Shown piece by piece: positions 29,534 through 38,687 of a DNA stretch of 64,000 bases (positions are counted from its first letter, which is position 1; every line of letters begins with the position of its first letter). Below the pieces are notes generated by a model that did not search any database, was not told the origin of the DNA, and saw nothing but the letters and a program-made list of their open reading frames with translations. The stretch is from positions 608,001 through 672,000 of the forward strand of contig OY763415.1 of NCBI GenBank assembly GCA_963667565.1. The letters are read 5' to 3'. The position numbers and the translations under genes were made by a program. Source of the stretch: Acholeplasmataceae bacterium (GTDB taxonomy: Bacteria > Bacillota_I > Bacilli_A > Acholeplasmatales > Acholeplasmataceae).

Positions 29534-30499
29534 TTAACGTAATGCTTTATCGTATGGAATACCTTCTGCTTTTGGAGCTCTTGATTTCTTAGATGTGAAA
29601 ATAAGAACAACTAAAGTAGCAAAGTATGGAAGTATACGATAGAATACTTGATCAATATTTAAGTTATATAAGAATGGAATTAATGGAATTGAATAAGCTA
29701 GTGCTCTTAAGAATGCAAACAAAATTGCTGCAAAGAATATTCTAATGGGTTTCCATTGACCAAAAATCATAACTGCTAGTGCTAAGAACCCAAAACCAGC
29801 AACACCACTGTGTCCATTGACATTGGTATCAGTAATACCGACTGAGTAGAAAAATCCACCCATACCTGCAAGTAAACCAGAGATCATGACACCGAAGTAT
29901 CTCATCTTATAAACATTAATACCGACTGAGTCAGCAGCATGTGGATGCTCTCCACAAGCTCTAAGTCTTAATCCAAATCTTGTCTTAAATAAAAGTATAG
30001 TTAATACTGCTAATAAGATTAAACCAATATAAACAGTTAAATATGTGTTTTTAAATAAGATATCACCTATAATTGGAATTTGACTTAATCCTGGAACTTC
30101 TGTGATATATAAATTAATATTTGTTGTTACACCATCACTGTTAAAGAACATTTTAGAAAATAGTAAGATAATCGCTGGAATAAACATATTGAGTGCCGTA
30201 CCGACGATGACCTGGTTGGCCTTCATATTGATGGCGGCAAATGCAAGTAATAGAGAATAGATTAAACCAGCAACCATTGCAACAATCATCCCAATTAAGA
30301 ATAACACTTGAGGATTGACTGCAGTGCCTTGAGTGAAGTAGATAAATAACACACCAAAGTATGCACCAAATAACATGATACCTTCTAAAGCAATGTTAAT
30401 GACACCACTTCTTTCACTAAACATACCACCTAAAGCGACAAGTAATAAAGGAATAGCAACTGGGAGCATTTTTTGAATTAAATAATATACGGTTTCCAT
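29534..30499 (-). CDS. Nucleoside ABC transporter permease (NupC-like)
   Basis: SERSGVINIALEG, GLRLRACGEHP, GFLALA. Confidence 0.9.
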   Translation of the reverse strand: METVYYLIQKMLPVAIPLLLVALGGMFSERSGVINIALEGIMLFGAYFGVLFIYFTQGTAVNPQVLFLIGMIVAMVAGLIYSLLLAFAAINMKANQVIVGTALNMFIPAIILLFSKMFFNSDGVTTNINLYITEVPGLSQIPIIGDILFKNTYLTVYIGLILLAVLTILLFKTRFGLRLRACGEHPHAADSVGINVYKMRYFGVMISGLLAGMGGFFYSVGITDTNVNGHSGVAGFGFLALAVMIFGQWKPIRIFFAAILFAFLRALAYSIPLIPFLYNLNIDQVFYRILPYFATLVVLIFTSKKSRAPKAEGIPYDKALR

Positions 30500-31638
30500 T
30501 ATGCATTTTCCTCCTTCGCTTGTTCTTTAAGAACTTTTTGTTCTTTTCGTTGTTTTAAGTATTTAGCGATTGAATGATTCATGAGTAATGCAAACGCTGA
30601 GAAATAGATGATGATTGAAACAACCACATCAACAATTTCAGGTTTAAATCCTAATAAAGCAGTTTGAGTACCACCTCTTTGGATATGAGAAATAAATAGA
30701 GCTGCAAGAATAATACCAATTGGACTTGAGTTACCAAGTAATGCAACCGCAATCCCATTAAATCCATTGGCTGCAATAACACTTACTGGTTCATAAGTCA
30801 TTGAAGCGCCTTGAATCATTGAAGGTGCAAGAATTGCAAATGCACCACCGAGTCCTGCTAGGCCGCCTGAAATCGCCATGGTAATGACTGTGTTACGCTT
30901 GTAGTTTATACCTGCATATTCACTCGCATGTTTATTTAAACCAGTTGCGATAAGTTCATATCCAAATGTTGTTTTCTTTAAAACAATATATAGACCAATC
31001 GCAATCAACACAGCTAAGATAAATGCGATATTTGCATTTGATCCAGGAATCCCAAGTGTTAACGCTTGAACTGATTCTGGTAAATATCTTGTTCTACTTT
31101 CAGTTGATGAGAACATCGTACCATTATTTTTAATTAGGAAGTCTACGATATAGACACCAATATAGTTAAGCATAATGGATGTAATGACTTCATTTACATT
31201 TAAGTGTGCTTTTAAAATCCCTGGAATGACACCCCAGATAACACCACCAACAAGTGCAGCAAGTACTGCAACTAACCAGTGAATACCAGCGGGTAACTGC
31301 CACATAAATCCAACATATAAAGCGAAGAACATTCCCATTGTGTATTGTCCAGATGCCCCAATGTTAAATAAACCCATCTTAAATGCAAATCCAACAGAAA
31401 GACCTGTCATAATAATTGGTGTTGCAAAATAAAGTACATCACCAAACTTCGTAAATCCACCAAATAATAATTTACTAAATCCTGCCATTGCATTGGCTGG
31501 ATTTGCAACTAACATAACGATAAGTCCAAAGATCATACCAATGAAAATCGCCATAAGTGTTGCTGTAAATGATGAATTCGATAAATTTTTAAAACTTGCT
31601 TTTATTTTTTGAAGAAGGTTATCAAATAAATTATTCAT
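30499..31638 (-). CDS. Nucleoside ABC transporter permease (NupB-like)
   Basis: GLFNIGASGQ, NEVITSIMLN, GFNGIAVALLG. Confidence 0.9.
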   Translation of the reverse strand: MNNLFDNLLQKIKASFKNLSNSSFTATLMAIFIGMIFGLIVMLVANPANAMAGFSKLLFGGFTKFGDVLYFATPIIMTGLSVGFAFKMGLFNIGASGQYTMGMFFALYVGFMWQLPAGIHWLVAVLAALVGGVIWGVIPGILKAHLNVNEVITSIMLNYIGVYIVDFLIKNNGTMFSSTESRTRYLPESVQALTLGIPGSNANIAFILAVLIAIGLYIVLKKTTFGYELIATGLNKHASEYAGINYKRNTVITMAISGGLAGLGGAFAILAPSMIQGASMTYEPVSVIAANGFNGIAVALLGNSSPIGIILAALFISHIQRGGTQTALLGFKPEIVDVVVSIIIYFSAFALLMNHSIAKYLKQRKEQKVLKEQAKEENA

Positions 31639-33175
31639 GTTTTGCCTCCTTCACACTTTGTCTTTTAGCACCAGCCATATATAAACCTAACTCTTCTACT
31701 GAAATCTTCTTAGGATCAAATTCTCCAACGATTTCACCTTCATACATGACAATAATACGATCACTTAAACTCATGACTTCATCAAGTTCTAGTGACATTA
31801 AAAGAACTGCTTTACCACTATCTCTTGCTTCTACGATTTGTTTATGAATATATTCAATCGCACCAACATCTAATCCACGTGTTGGCTGAGCAGAAATAAG
31901 TAATTTACAATCTTTTTCCAATTCTCTAGCAATAATCGCTTTTTGTTGATTACCACCAGACATCGATCTTGTAATAGAAATCGCACCTTGACCACTTCTA
32001 ACATCATATTTTTCAATCAGTTTATTCGCATAATCTCTAATCTCTTTATGATTTAAGAATCCATGTTTTTGGAAAGGTTCTTGCCAGTATCTTTGTAAAA
32101 CCATATTATATTCAAGTGGATAATCTAAGACTAATCCATATTTATGTCGATCTTCAGGAATATGAGATATGCCAGCAATTGAACGATTTCTAATCTTTTC
32201 ATTAGTGATATCTTTTCCATCAATAGAAATACTACCTTGGTGAATCTTTTCTAATCCAGTAATGGCTGCAACCACTTGTGATTGACCATTGCCTTCAATA
32301 CCAGCTAAACATAAGATCTCGCCTTTTCTTACTTCAAAAGAAACATTATCGACTACATTTTTATGTCCAGTGTGTGCTAAGACACTCAAATTTTCAACTT
32401 TTAAAATGACTTCTTTTGGTTTTGCCTTCTTTTTATCAACATCAAAACTGACATCACGGCCAACCATCATTTTTGATAATTCTTCTTTATTTGTGTTTTT
32501 AACATAAACCGTTCCAATATATTTACCTTTTCTAAGAACAGTACAACGATCGGCAACACTTAATATTTCATTTAATTTATGAGAAATGAATAAAATTGAT
32601 TTTCCTTCCTTTGCAAAACCTTTCATAATTGCCATTAACTCATCAATCTCTTGTGGTGTTAAGACAGCAGTCGGTTCATCAAAGATAAGGATTTCATTAT
32701 CTCTATAAAGCATTTTCAAAATTTCTACTCTTTGTTGTTGACCAACACTAATTTTTTCTATTAGTGCATCAGGATCAACTTGCAATCCATATTGTTGTGA
32801 TAATTCAACAACTTTTTTTCTTGCTTCGTCTTTTTTTAAGAAACCATATTGATTAGGTTCTACACCTAAAATAATGTTTTCTAAAACACTAAAGACTTCA
32901 ACAAGTTTAAAATGTTGATGAACCATACCGATACCAAGAGCATTAGCATCGTTTGGATTATTGATGTGAACAACTTCACCATTCTTTCTAATTTCACCTT
33001 TTTCTGCTTGATAAAGGCCAAAAAGAACAGACATAAGCGTTGATTTACCTGCACCATTTTCGCCTAGTAGTGCATGTATTTCTCCCTTTTTAAGCTGCAA
33101 AGTTATATTGTCGTTAGCAATAATGCCTGGGAATTCTTTAGTGATATTCAACATCTCAATGACATAATTTTCCAA
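31631..33175 (-). CDS. Nucleoside/sugar (CUT2) ABC ATP-binding protein (NupA-like)
   Basis: GENGAGKST, tandem ATPase domains, MSGGNQQK; AGGTG RBS favours TTG at 33175 (track start 33184). Confidence 0.92.
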   Translation of the reverse strand: MENYVIEMLNITKEFPGIIANDNITLQLKKGEIHALLGENGAGKSTLMSVLFGLYQAEKGEIRKNGEVVHINNPNDANALGIGMVHQHFKLVEVFSVLENIILGVEPNQYGFLKKDEARKKVVELSQQYGLQVDPDALIEKISVGQQQRVEILKMLYRDNEILIFDEPTAVLTPQEIDELMAIMKGFAKEGKSILFISHKLNEILSVADRCTVLRKGKYIGTVYVKNTNKEELSKMMVGRDVSFDVDKKKAKPKEVILKVENLSVLAHTGHKNVVDNVSFEVRKGEILCLAGIEGNGQSQVVAAITGLEKIHQGSISIDGKDITNEKIRNRSIAGISHIPEDRHKYGLVLDYPLEYNMVLQRYWQEPFQKHGFLNHKEIRDYANKLIEKYDVRSGQGAISITRSMSGGNQQKAIIARELEKDCKLLISAQPTRGLDVGAIEYIHKQIVEARDSGKAVLLMSLELDEVMSLSDRIIVMYEGEIVGEFDPKKISVEELGLYMAGAKRQSVKEAKHE

Positions 33176-33289
33176 TATTTTCACCTACGCTTTATTTGTA
33201 AAAAATAAGAGGAGAAAGGGTATTAGCCAATCTCCTCTAATAGCCTTCTATAACTTAGAAAGTATTGATGGCAAATAATTAATAATTAA

Positions 33290-34411
33290 TTAGATAACTG
33301 TAACAGAAACTCTAACTAATGATAAACCAGCAACTAATTCAGCAGCAGTAGCTTCACCTGAATCAGCAGCAACTGTAATCGTACGTAATGGACTTACTGT
33401 ACCAGCAACTAATAATTGATAAGCAGTATTGTAAGCAGCTAAATCAAAAGTATCAAATCTGTCAAATGCATCACCATTTGCATCACCAATGACTGTAGTT
33501 GGAAGACCAATACCATCATTAGTAGCATTGAAGTAAGTTGTAGTTCCACCAAATGTAGCAAATGAATCTGTGTTATAGATTGCATCTAATACTTGTTGAA
33601 CTGAAGCAGCTAAACCTTTCATTGCTGAAGTGATAACTGTTTCACTATCATATCTTTGGTCAACGTCAACACCGATAACTTTTTTAGAAGCTTCAGATGC
33701 AGCAGACATAACTGATTTACCAACAGATCCACCAGCAGCGAAGATAACTTCTGTTCCACCTTGGAACATTGTAGCTGCAGTAGCTTTATTAGTATCATTT
33801 TCTTCAAAGTCGCCAGTGTAATGATATTTAACATTAACATTAACGCTTAATTGAGCAGCAGCATATTCAGCACCTTGTAAGTAACCATAACCGAATGCTT
33901 GAACAGCAGGAACTGCCATACCACCCATAAAACCTAATTCTCTCATGCCATCCATAACAGCAGCATAACCAGCTAACCATCCTGATTCTTGTTCAGCATA
34001 CATAACACTTGCAACATTTGATGCAGTATTGAATGTAGCATAATCAGCAGTATGAGGTGAACCATCTAATAAGATGAATTTCACATCTGGATAAGTAGTT
34101 TGTGCAGTGTAGATAGGTACTTCAAATAAGAAACCTGGAGTAACAACAACTTTTGCACCACCTTGTACAGCTAAATCAATAGCAGCTAAATAAGCATCTG
34201 AAGTTGCTTCTTCTGGTTTGTAATATTGGTGAGTAATATTATTTTCCTCAGCGAATGCAACAACACCTTCCCAAGCACCTTGGTTAAATGATTTATCGTC
34301 AATATTACCTTTATCAGTAATAAGAGCGATTTCATAAGTGTCAGTGCCACATGAAGCTAAAGTAACAACCGCACCAAGAACAACTAAAAACAATAATAAA
34401 TATTTCTTCAT
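33290..34411 (-). CDS. BMP family nucleoside-binding lipoprotein
   Basis: Lipobox LASC; DDKSFNQGAWEG, IGVDVDQ, TSAMK; GGAGG RBS before ATG 34411. Confidence 0.92.
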   Translation of the reverse strand: MKKYLLLFLVVLGAVVTLASCGTDTYEIALITDKGNIDDKSFNQGAWEGVVAFAEENNITHQYYKPEEATSDAYLAAIDLAVQGGAKVVVTPGFLFEVPIYTAQTTYPDVKFILLDGSPHTADYATFNTASNVASVMYAEQESGWLAGYAAVMDGMRELGFMGGMAVPAVQAFGYGYLQGAEYAAAQLSVNVNVKYHYTGDFEENDTNKATAATMFQGGTEVIFAAGGSVGKSVMSAASEASKKVIGVDVDQRYDSETVITSAMKGLAASVQQVLDAIYNTDSFATFGGTTTYFNATNDGIGLPTTVIGDANGDAFDRFDTFDLAAYNTAYQLLVAGTVSPLRTITVAADSGEATAAELVAGLSLVRVSVTVI

Positions 34412-34458
34412 TTTAATTCTTCTCCTCCTATAATTATGGGCTTTGCCCAATTACTTAC

Positions 34459-34487
34459 ATTATACATATTTTTTACGTATCTCACAA
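34459..34487 (-). promoter_or_regulatory. Sigma-A promoter of the nucleoside ABC operon
   Basis: TTGTGA - 17 nt - TATAAT. Confidence 0.65.
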
Positions 34488-34554
34488 CTAAAATTAGAAT
34501 ATTTTACATTTCTTTAAATTAATTATAATTTACATTCGAATTATCATTCAGTTT

Positions 34555-35499
34555 TCATTTATTTTCATTAGCTTTTTCATTTTTCTTAAACATATTTGCA
34601 AATTTTTTAGGTATGGATATAGCTGCATCACCAATGACAGCAGGTAACATACCACTTGCTTCTAAAAGTGCATCTCTTCTTAATTTCTCTTTAGTGATTT
34701 CTTCTGCATCACTAAATAAGTATTTTCTTGTGACAATACCAATACGGAGTGTAAGCCATGCATTTGATATACCTTGAGTCACACTTGACATTAAAGGTTT
34801 AATCAGAGGGAACTCACTAATCGTTTGTAATGTCGATTGTGGAAGAACTTGAGAGATATCCATATCTTCTAATCCTTCTGCAATGAGTGCAGTGGTCATC
34901 ACGTTAATGGTTAATTTTGCTAGCTTATTAAAATTTGGTCTAAATCCACATAATTGAACGATTTCTTTAATCATTTTTAAATTGACGACTACGACTGTAA
35001 AGAAATCAAGTCTGCCATTTTGTGAAATAGCGGTTGATACCATCACAGTCTTTGCGTGTTTTTGAATGGTTTTATTGATGAGTTTTTTAATTTCATTATT
35101 ATAGATTTGTTCTAATTGAGTTACAAGTTTTTCTTTATCTTGATATGCTTCGCTTAATCTTGTTTTAGAACCATCAGATAAATAATCAGATTTGATCAGT
35201 CTTTTAGCAACTCTTTTATAGAGTGCATAGTTTTTATCTCTTTTCTCTTCAAGTGTCGTTTCAATTGAAAAAGATGGAGAAAAGATAATGATGTTTAAAG
35301 GTCTTATAATAAGGATATAAATAAGTAGAGCTACAAGTACATAAAATGCATATTCCAAATAAGGAACACCAGCAATTTGAATGGTTCTTAAGCGATCTCC
35401 CACATCTAATACGCTTGATAATAAGATTAATATAAATAAAACGATAAATCCTATCGCTGTTAAATACCAAAATATTTTCGCATTGTCTTTTTTCTTCAT
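34555..35499 (-). CDS. YcjF/DUF697 family membrane protein
   Basis: Two N-terminal TMs; TAISQNGRLD, GFRP, QGISNAWLTLRIG. Confidence 0.75.
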   Translation of the reverse strand: MKKKDNAKIFWYLTAIGFIVLFILILLSSVLDVGDRLRTIQIAGVPYLEYAFYVLVALLIYILIIRPLNIIIFSPSFSIETTLEEKRDKNYALYKRVAKRLIKSDYLSDGSKTRLSEAYQDKEKLVTQLEQIYNNEIKKLINKTIQKHAKTVMVSTAISQNGRLDFFTVVVVNLKMIKEIVQLCGFRPNFNKLAKLTINVMTTALIAEGLEDMDISQVLPQSTLQTISEFPLIKPLMSSVTQGISNAWLTLRIGIVTRKYLFSDAEEITKEKLRRDALLEASGMLPAVIGDAAISIPKKFANMFKKNEKANENK

Positions 35500-35538
35500 A
35501 ATTCCACCTCAAATTTATTATAACATTAAGTTGTCTAT

Positions 35539-36231
35539 TTAAGGGATATAAATCTTTTTATTCTCTTTGATGGAATATAGCTCGCCTTTACCTATAATCA
35601 GATGGTCAATAATATCGATACCCATCACTTCTTGTGTTTCAAACAAACGCTTTGTCGTATAGATATCTGCCTTTGATGGTGTTGCATCACCTGTTGGATG
35701 ATTGTGTACTAAAATCATTGCAGACGAAGCATAAACTAGCGCTTTTTTGTATATATCTCTAGGCGATATAACCATTTGATTAATCGTGCCAATATATAGC
35801 ACCTCTTTTTTTATGACTTCACTTTTAATATTAAGATATAAAACAATGAAATGTTCTTGTTCTAATATACTTAATTCATCACATAAAAGATGATAAACAT
35901 CAAATGGTGATGTGATTCTTGGTTTTTTATCATATGAGATATGTGAGAGTCTTTTTCCTAGTTCAATTGCTGCAATTAAAGTGGTTGCTTTAGCCTGTTT
36001 GATCCCTGGAATTAATATTAAGGATTCATAAGTGATTTTCTTTAAATCTGTAATTTTATCCAAATGATAAATCACATGTTTAGATAATTCATTAACACTT
36101 AAATGTTTATCGCCAGTTCTAAGTAGTATCGCTATGAGTTCATAATTAGATAATGCTTCAACACCTTGGCTGATCAGTCTTTCTCTTGGTCTTTCTTCTT
36201 CTGGCATTTCTTTTAACTTATATATATGCAT
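35539..36231 (-). CDS. radC: RadC (JAB/MPN domain) protein
   Basis: ERPRERL, LLRTG, HhH GIKQAKA, HNHPTGDATPSKAD, DHLII; GGAGG RBS favours ATG 36231. Confidence 0.93.
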   Translation of the reverse strand: MHIYKLKEMPEEERPRERLISQGVEALSNYELIAILLRTGDKHLSVNELSKHVIYHLDKITDLKKITYESLILIPGIKQAKATTLIAAIELGKRLSHISYDKKPRITSPFDVYHLLCDELSILEQEHFIVLYLNIKSEVIKKEVLYIGTINQMVISPRDIYKKALVYASSAMILVHNHPTGDATPSKADIYTTKRLFETQEVMGIDIIDHLIIGKGELYSIKENKKIYIP

Positions 36232-36274
36232 AAAAAACACCTCCTCTACACATAGTAGAAAAGATGTTTTACGA

Positions 36275-37384
36275 TTACTCTTTAAATGTTTTTTTGACAA
36301 ATTCTAATGCTTGCATCACAACATCATCCATATCAAGATATCGATACCATCCTAAGCGACCAGCAAATGTGATGTGCTCATGACTTTGTGCAAGTTCTAA
36401 ATATTTCTTATAAAGCATATTATTGTGATCATCATTAATTGGATAATAAGGTTCATCACCTTTTTCCCAAGATTTTGGATATTCATAAGTGATCACAGAT
36501 GGCTTAATCTTCTTAAACTCAAAATGTTGATGTTCAATGATTCTTGTATATGGAACTTCTCTTTCAGTATAGTTAACGACTGCGTTACCTTGAAAGTTAT
36601 CAGTATCTACTTCTTTAATCTCAAATTTAAGTGATCGATAATTGAGTGCACCATATTGATAACCAAAGAATTGATCAATAGGACCTGTAAAGATGATATG
36701 TTTAGCAATATTTAAATAATAGACTTTATTCTCATAAAAATCTGCATTTAACTTAACTTCTATACCTTCTAAAAGTTTTTCAACAATCTGTGTATATCCA
36801 CCTTTAGGAATGCCTTGGTACTGATCATTAAAATAATTATTATCATATGTAAATCTTACTGGTAATCTTTTTATAATAAATGCAGGTAAGTCTTCACAAC
36901 TTCTACCCCATTGTTTTTCAGTATATCCTTTAATCAGTTTTTCATAAATATCTGGACCGACTAAATTGATAGCTTGTTCTTCAAGGTTTTTAGGTTGATC
37001 AACTTGATAAGCAGCTTTCTGTTTTTCAATCAAAGCTTTTGCTTCTTCTGGTGTTTTTGTACCCCACATCTTATAAAATGTATTCATATTAAATGGCAAG
37101 TGATACAGTTCATTTTTATATTTTGCAAGTGGTGCATTTGTAAATCTGTTAAATTCTGCGAATTGATTCATATAATCCCATGCTTCTTTAAAGTCAGTAT
37201 GGAAAATATGAGCACCATAAACATGAACATGAATGCCATGTTCATTTCTTGTATAAATATTGCCTGCAATATGATCTTTCTTCTCAATCACCAAACAGGT
37301 TTTTCCTCTTTTGGTTGCTTCATGGGCAAAGATTGATCCAAATAGGCCAGCACCTACAATTAAATAGTCATATTTATTCATCAT
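36275..37384 (-). CDS. glf: UDP-galactopyranose mutase
   Basis: VGAGLFG, YGAHIFHT, EPYYP, GRLGWYRYLDMD. Confidence 0.95.
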   Translation of the reverse strand: MMNKYDYLIVGAGLFGSIFAHEATKRGKTCLVIEKKDHIAGNIYTRNEHGIHVHVYGAHIFHTDFKEAWDYMNQFAEFNRFTNAPLAKYKNELYHLPFNMNTFYKMWGTKTPEEAKALIEKQKAAYQVDQPKNLEEQAINLVGPDIYEKLIKGYTEKQWGRSCEDLPAFIIKRLPVRFTYDNNYFNDQYQGIPKGGYTQIVEKLLEGIEVKLNADFYENKVYYLNIAKHIIFTGPIDQFFGYQYGALNYRSLKFEIKEVDTDNFQGNAVVNYTEREVPYTRIIEHQHFEFKKIKPSVITYEYPKSWEKGDEPYYPINDDHNNMLYKKYLELAQSHEHITFAGRLGWYRYLDMDDVVMQALEFVKKTFKE

Positions 37385-38687
37385 CTAATTCCTCCTCAAA
37401 ATTCATATGATAACCTTTGACTTCATCAAGCATATTTTGATAGTCAAAAATTTCCTGCTGATATTTTTTTATGGCTTTAATCATGTAACTCACAAAATGA
37501 AGGGAGCCTGTAATAACCATCACTTCATCAATATCAATTCTTGATTTTAAATACTTAAATGCAGAAATTGGATCTTCATTATATCGCATGCCTTCTTGTA
37601 AAAAAGGTCTAAGTGATGTAAATCTAGCATCATCAAATTCTGTTAAAGTAATATCGTTTGTCACTTCTTTTAAGGTATTTAACATCCCGGTAATATCTTT
37701 ATCACCTAGTGCACTAAATAATACAAAGATTTCTTTATCAAGTGTTTTAAGATGTCTTACAAGTTCTTGCATACCTGATAGATTGTGTGCACCATCTAAA
37801 TAGATGTGTCCCGGCATACTTTGAAATCTTGCAGGTAATCTTAATTCTTTTAATGTGTTTCTTACAATGAAATTACCCAAATGTGGTTCAACATATTTCG
37901 CAAGCTTTTGAGCTAATATCGTATTCTTAATTTGGAATAACCCTTTCATTCTCACTCTGTAGGCTTCACCTTCATAAGTATATTTTAAGGGATCAAGATT
38001 GTCTGGCTCAGGAATATCAGTAATAAACTCATAGGTTGCACCGACTTTATGACAATAATCGATAAATAGTGGATGCATCTCTTTATCAACTGTAGTGATT
38101 AAGTGACTTCCTTTTTTTAAAATGCCTAATTTATTAAGTGCAATACTTTCTAATGTATTTCCCAATTGCTTCATATGATCATATCCGATATTTGTGATTG
38201 CAGATACATCATAATCTAATATATTTGTTGCATCTAATAAGCCACCAATACCAACTTCCATTACTATGACTTCAACTTCTTCATCATGAAAATATTTGAG
38301 TGCCATTAATGTGAGCAGTTCAAAAAAACTTAAAGTTTCACCATATGACTTGCTAAACATAAGATTAAATTCATAGATGAAATTGATATAATTTAATAAC
38401 TTCTCATCACTAATGTTTTTCATATCGATGGACATGCGTTCATTAAATTCTAAAATATAAGGTGATTGAAACAATCCTGTTTTATACTGCTTATTTTTTA
38501 ACATTGCAGCAGTATAGTTTGCAACAGATCCCTTACCATTTGTTCCAGCAACATGTATTTTAATGATCTTAGAATAATCTAAGTCTAGCATTTCAAATGC
38601 TTTTTTCATGCGGTTTAAGTCACCTTTAGGTTTGAACCTAACTTGACTTTCAATCCACGTGATCCCCACCTCTAATTGATTAAACAT
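37374..38687 (-). CDS. folC: Folylpolyglutamate synthase/dihydrofolate synthase
   Basis: HVAGTNGKGS, EVGIGGLLDATN, LDGAHN, ITGSL. Confidence 0.92.
   Translation of the reverse strand: MFNQLEVGITWIESQVRFKPKGDLNRMKKAFEMLDLDYSKIIKIHVAGTNGKGSVANYTAAMLKNKQYKTGLFQSPYILEFNERMSIDMKNISDEKLLNYINFIYEFNLMFSKSYGETLSFFELLTLMALKYFHDEEVEVIVMEVGIGGLLDATNILDYDVSAITNIGYDHMKQLGNTLESIALNKLGILKKGSHLITTVDKEMHPLFIDYCHKVGATYEFITDIPEPDNLDPLKYTYEGEAYRVRMKGLFQIKNTILAQKLAKYVEPHLGNFIVRNTLKELRLPARFQSMPGHIYLDGAHNLSGMQELVRHLKTLDKEIFVLFSALGDKDITGMLNTLKEVTNDITLTEFDDARFTSLRPFLQEGMRYNEDPISAFKYLKSRIDIDEVMVITGSLHFVSYMIKAIKKYQQEIFDYQNMLDEVKGYHMNFEEELDDE

Noticed and set aside
33208..33238. AGAGGAGA...TCTCCTCT inverted repeat between bmp and the ATPase gene as a novel RNA
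   Set aside because: Stem-loops after the binding-protein gene are common in ABC operons (mRNA stabiliser or partial terminator).
34412..34554. Purine riboswitch upstream of the BMP nucleoside operon
   Set aside because: The leader after the promoter is only about 40 nt with one small GGGC-AAA-GCCC hairpin; no purine aptamer core is visible.
35539..36231. RadC/JAB as a marker of a mobile element or CBASS-type defence system
   Set aside because: Full-length chromosomal form with HhH in the usual valS-folC-radC neighbourhood; no integrase, cyclase or E1/E2 genes nearby.
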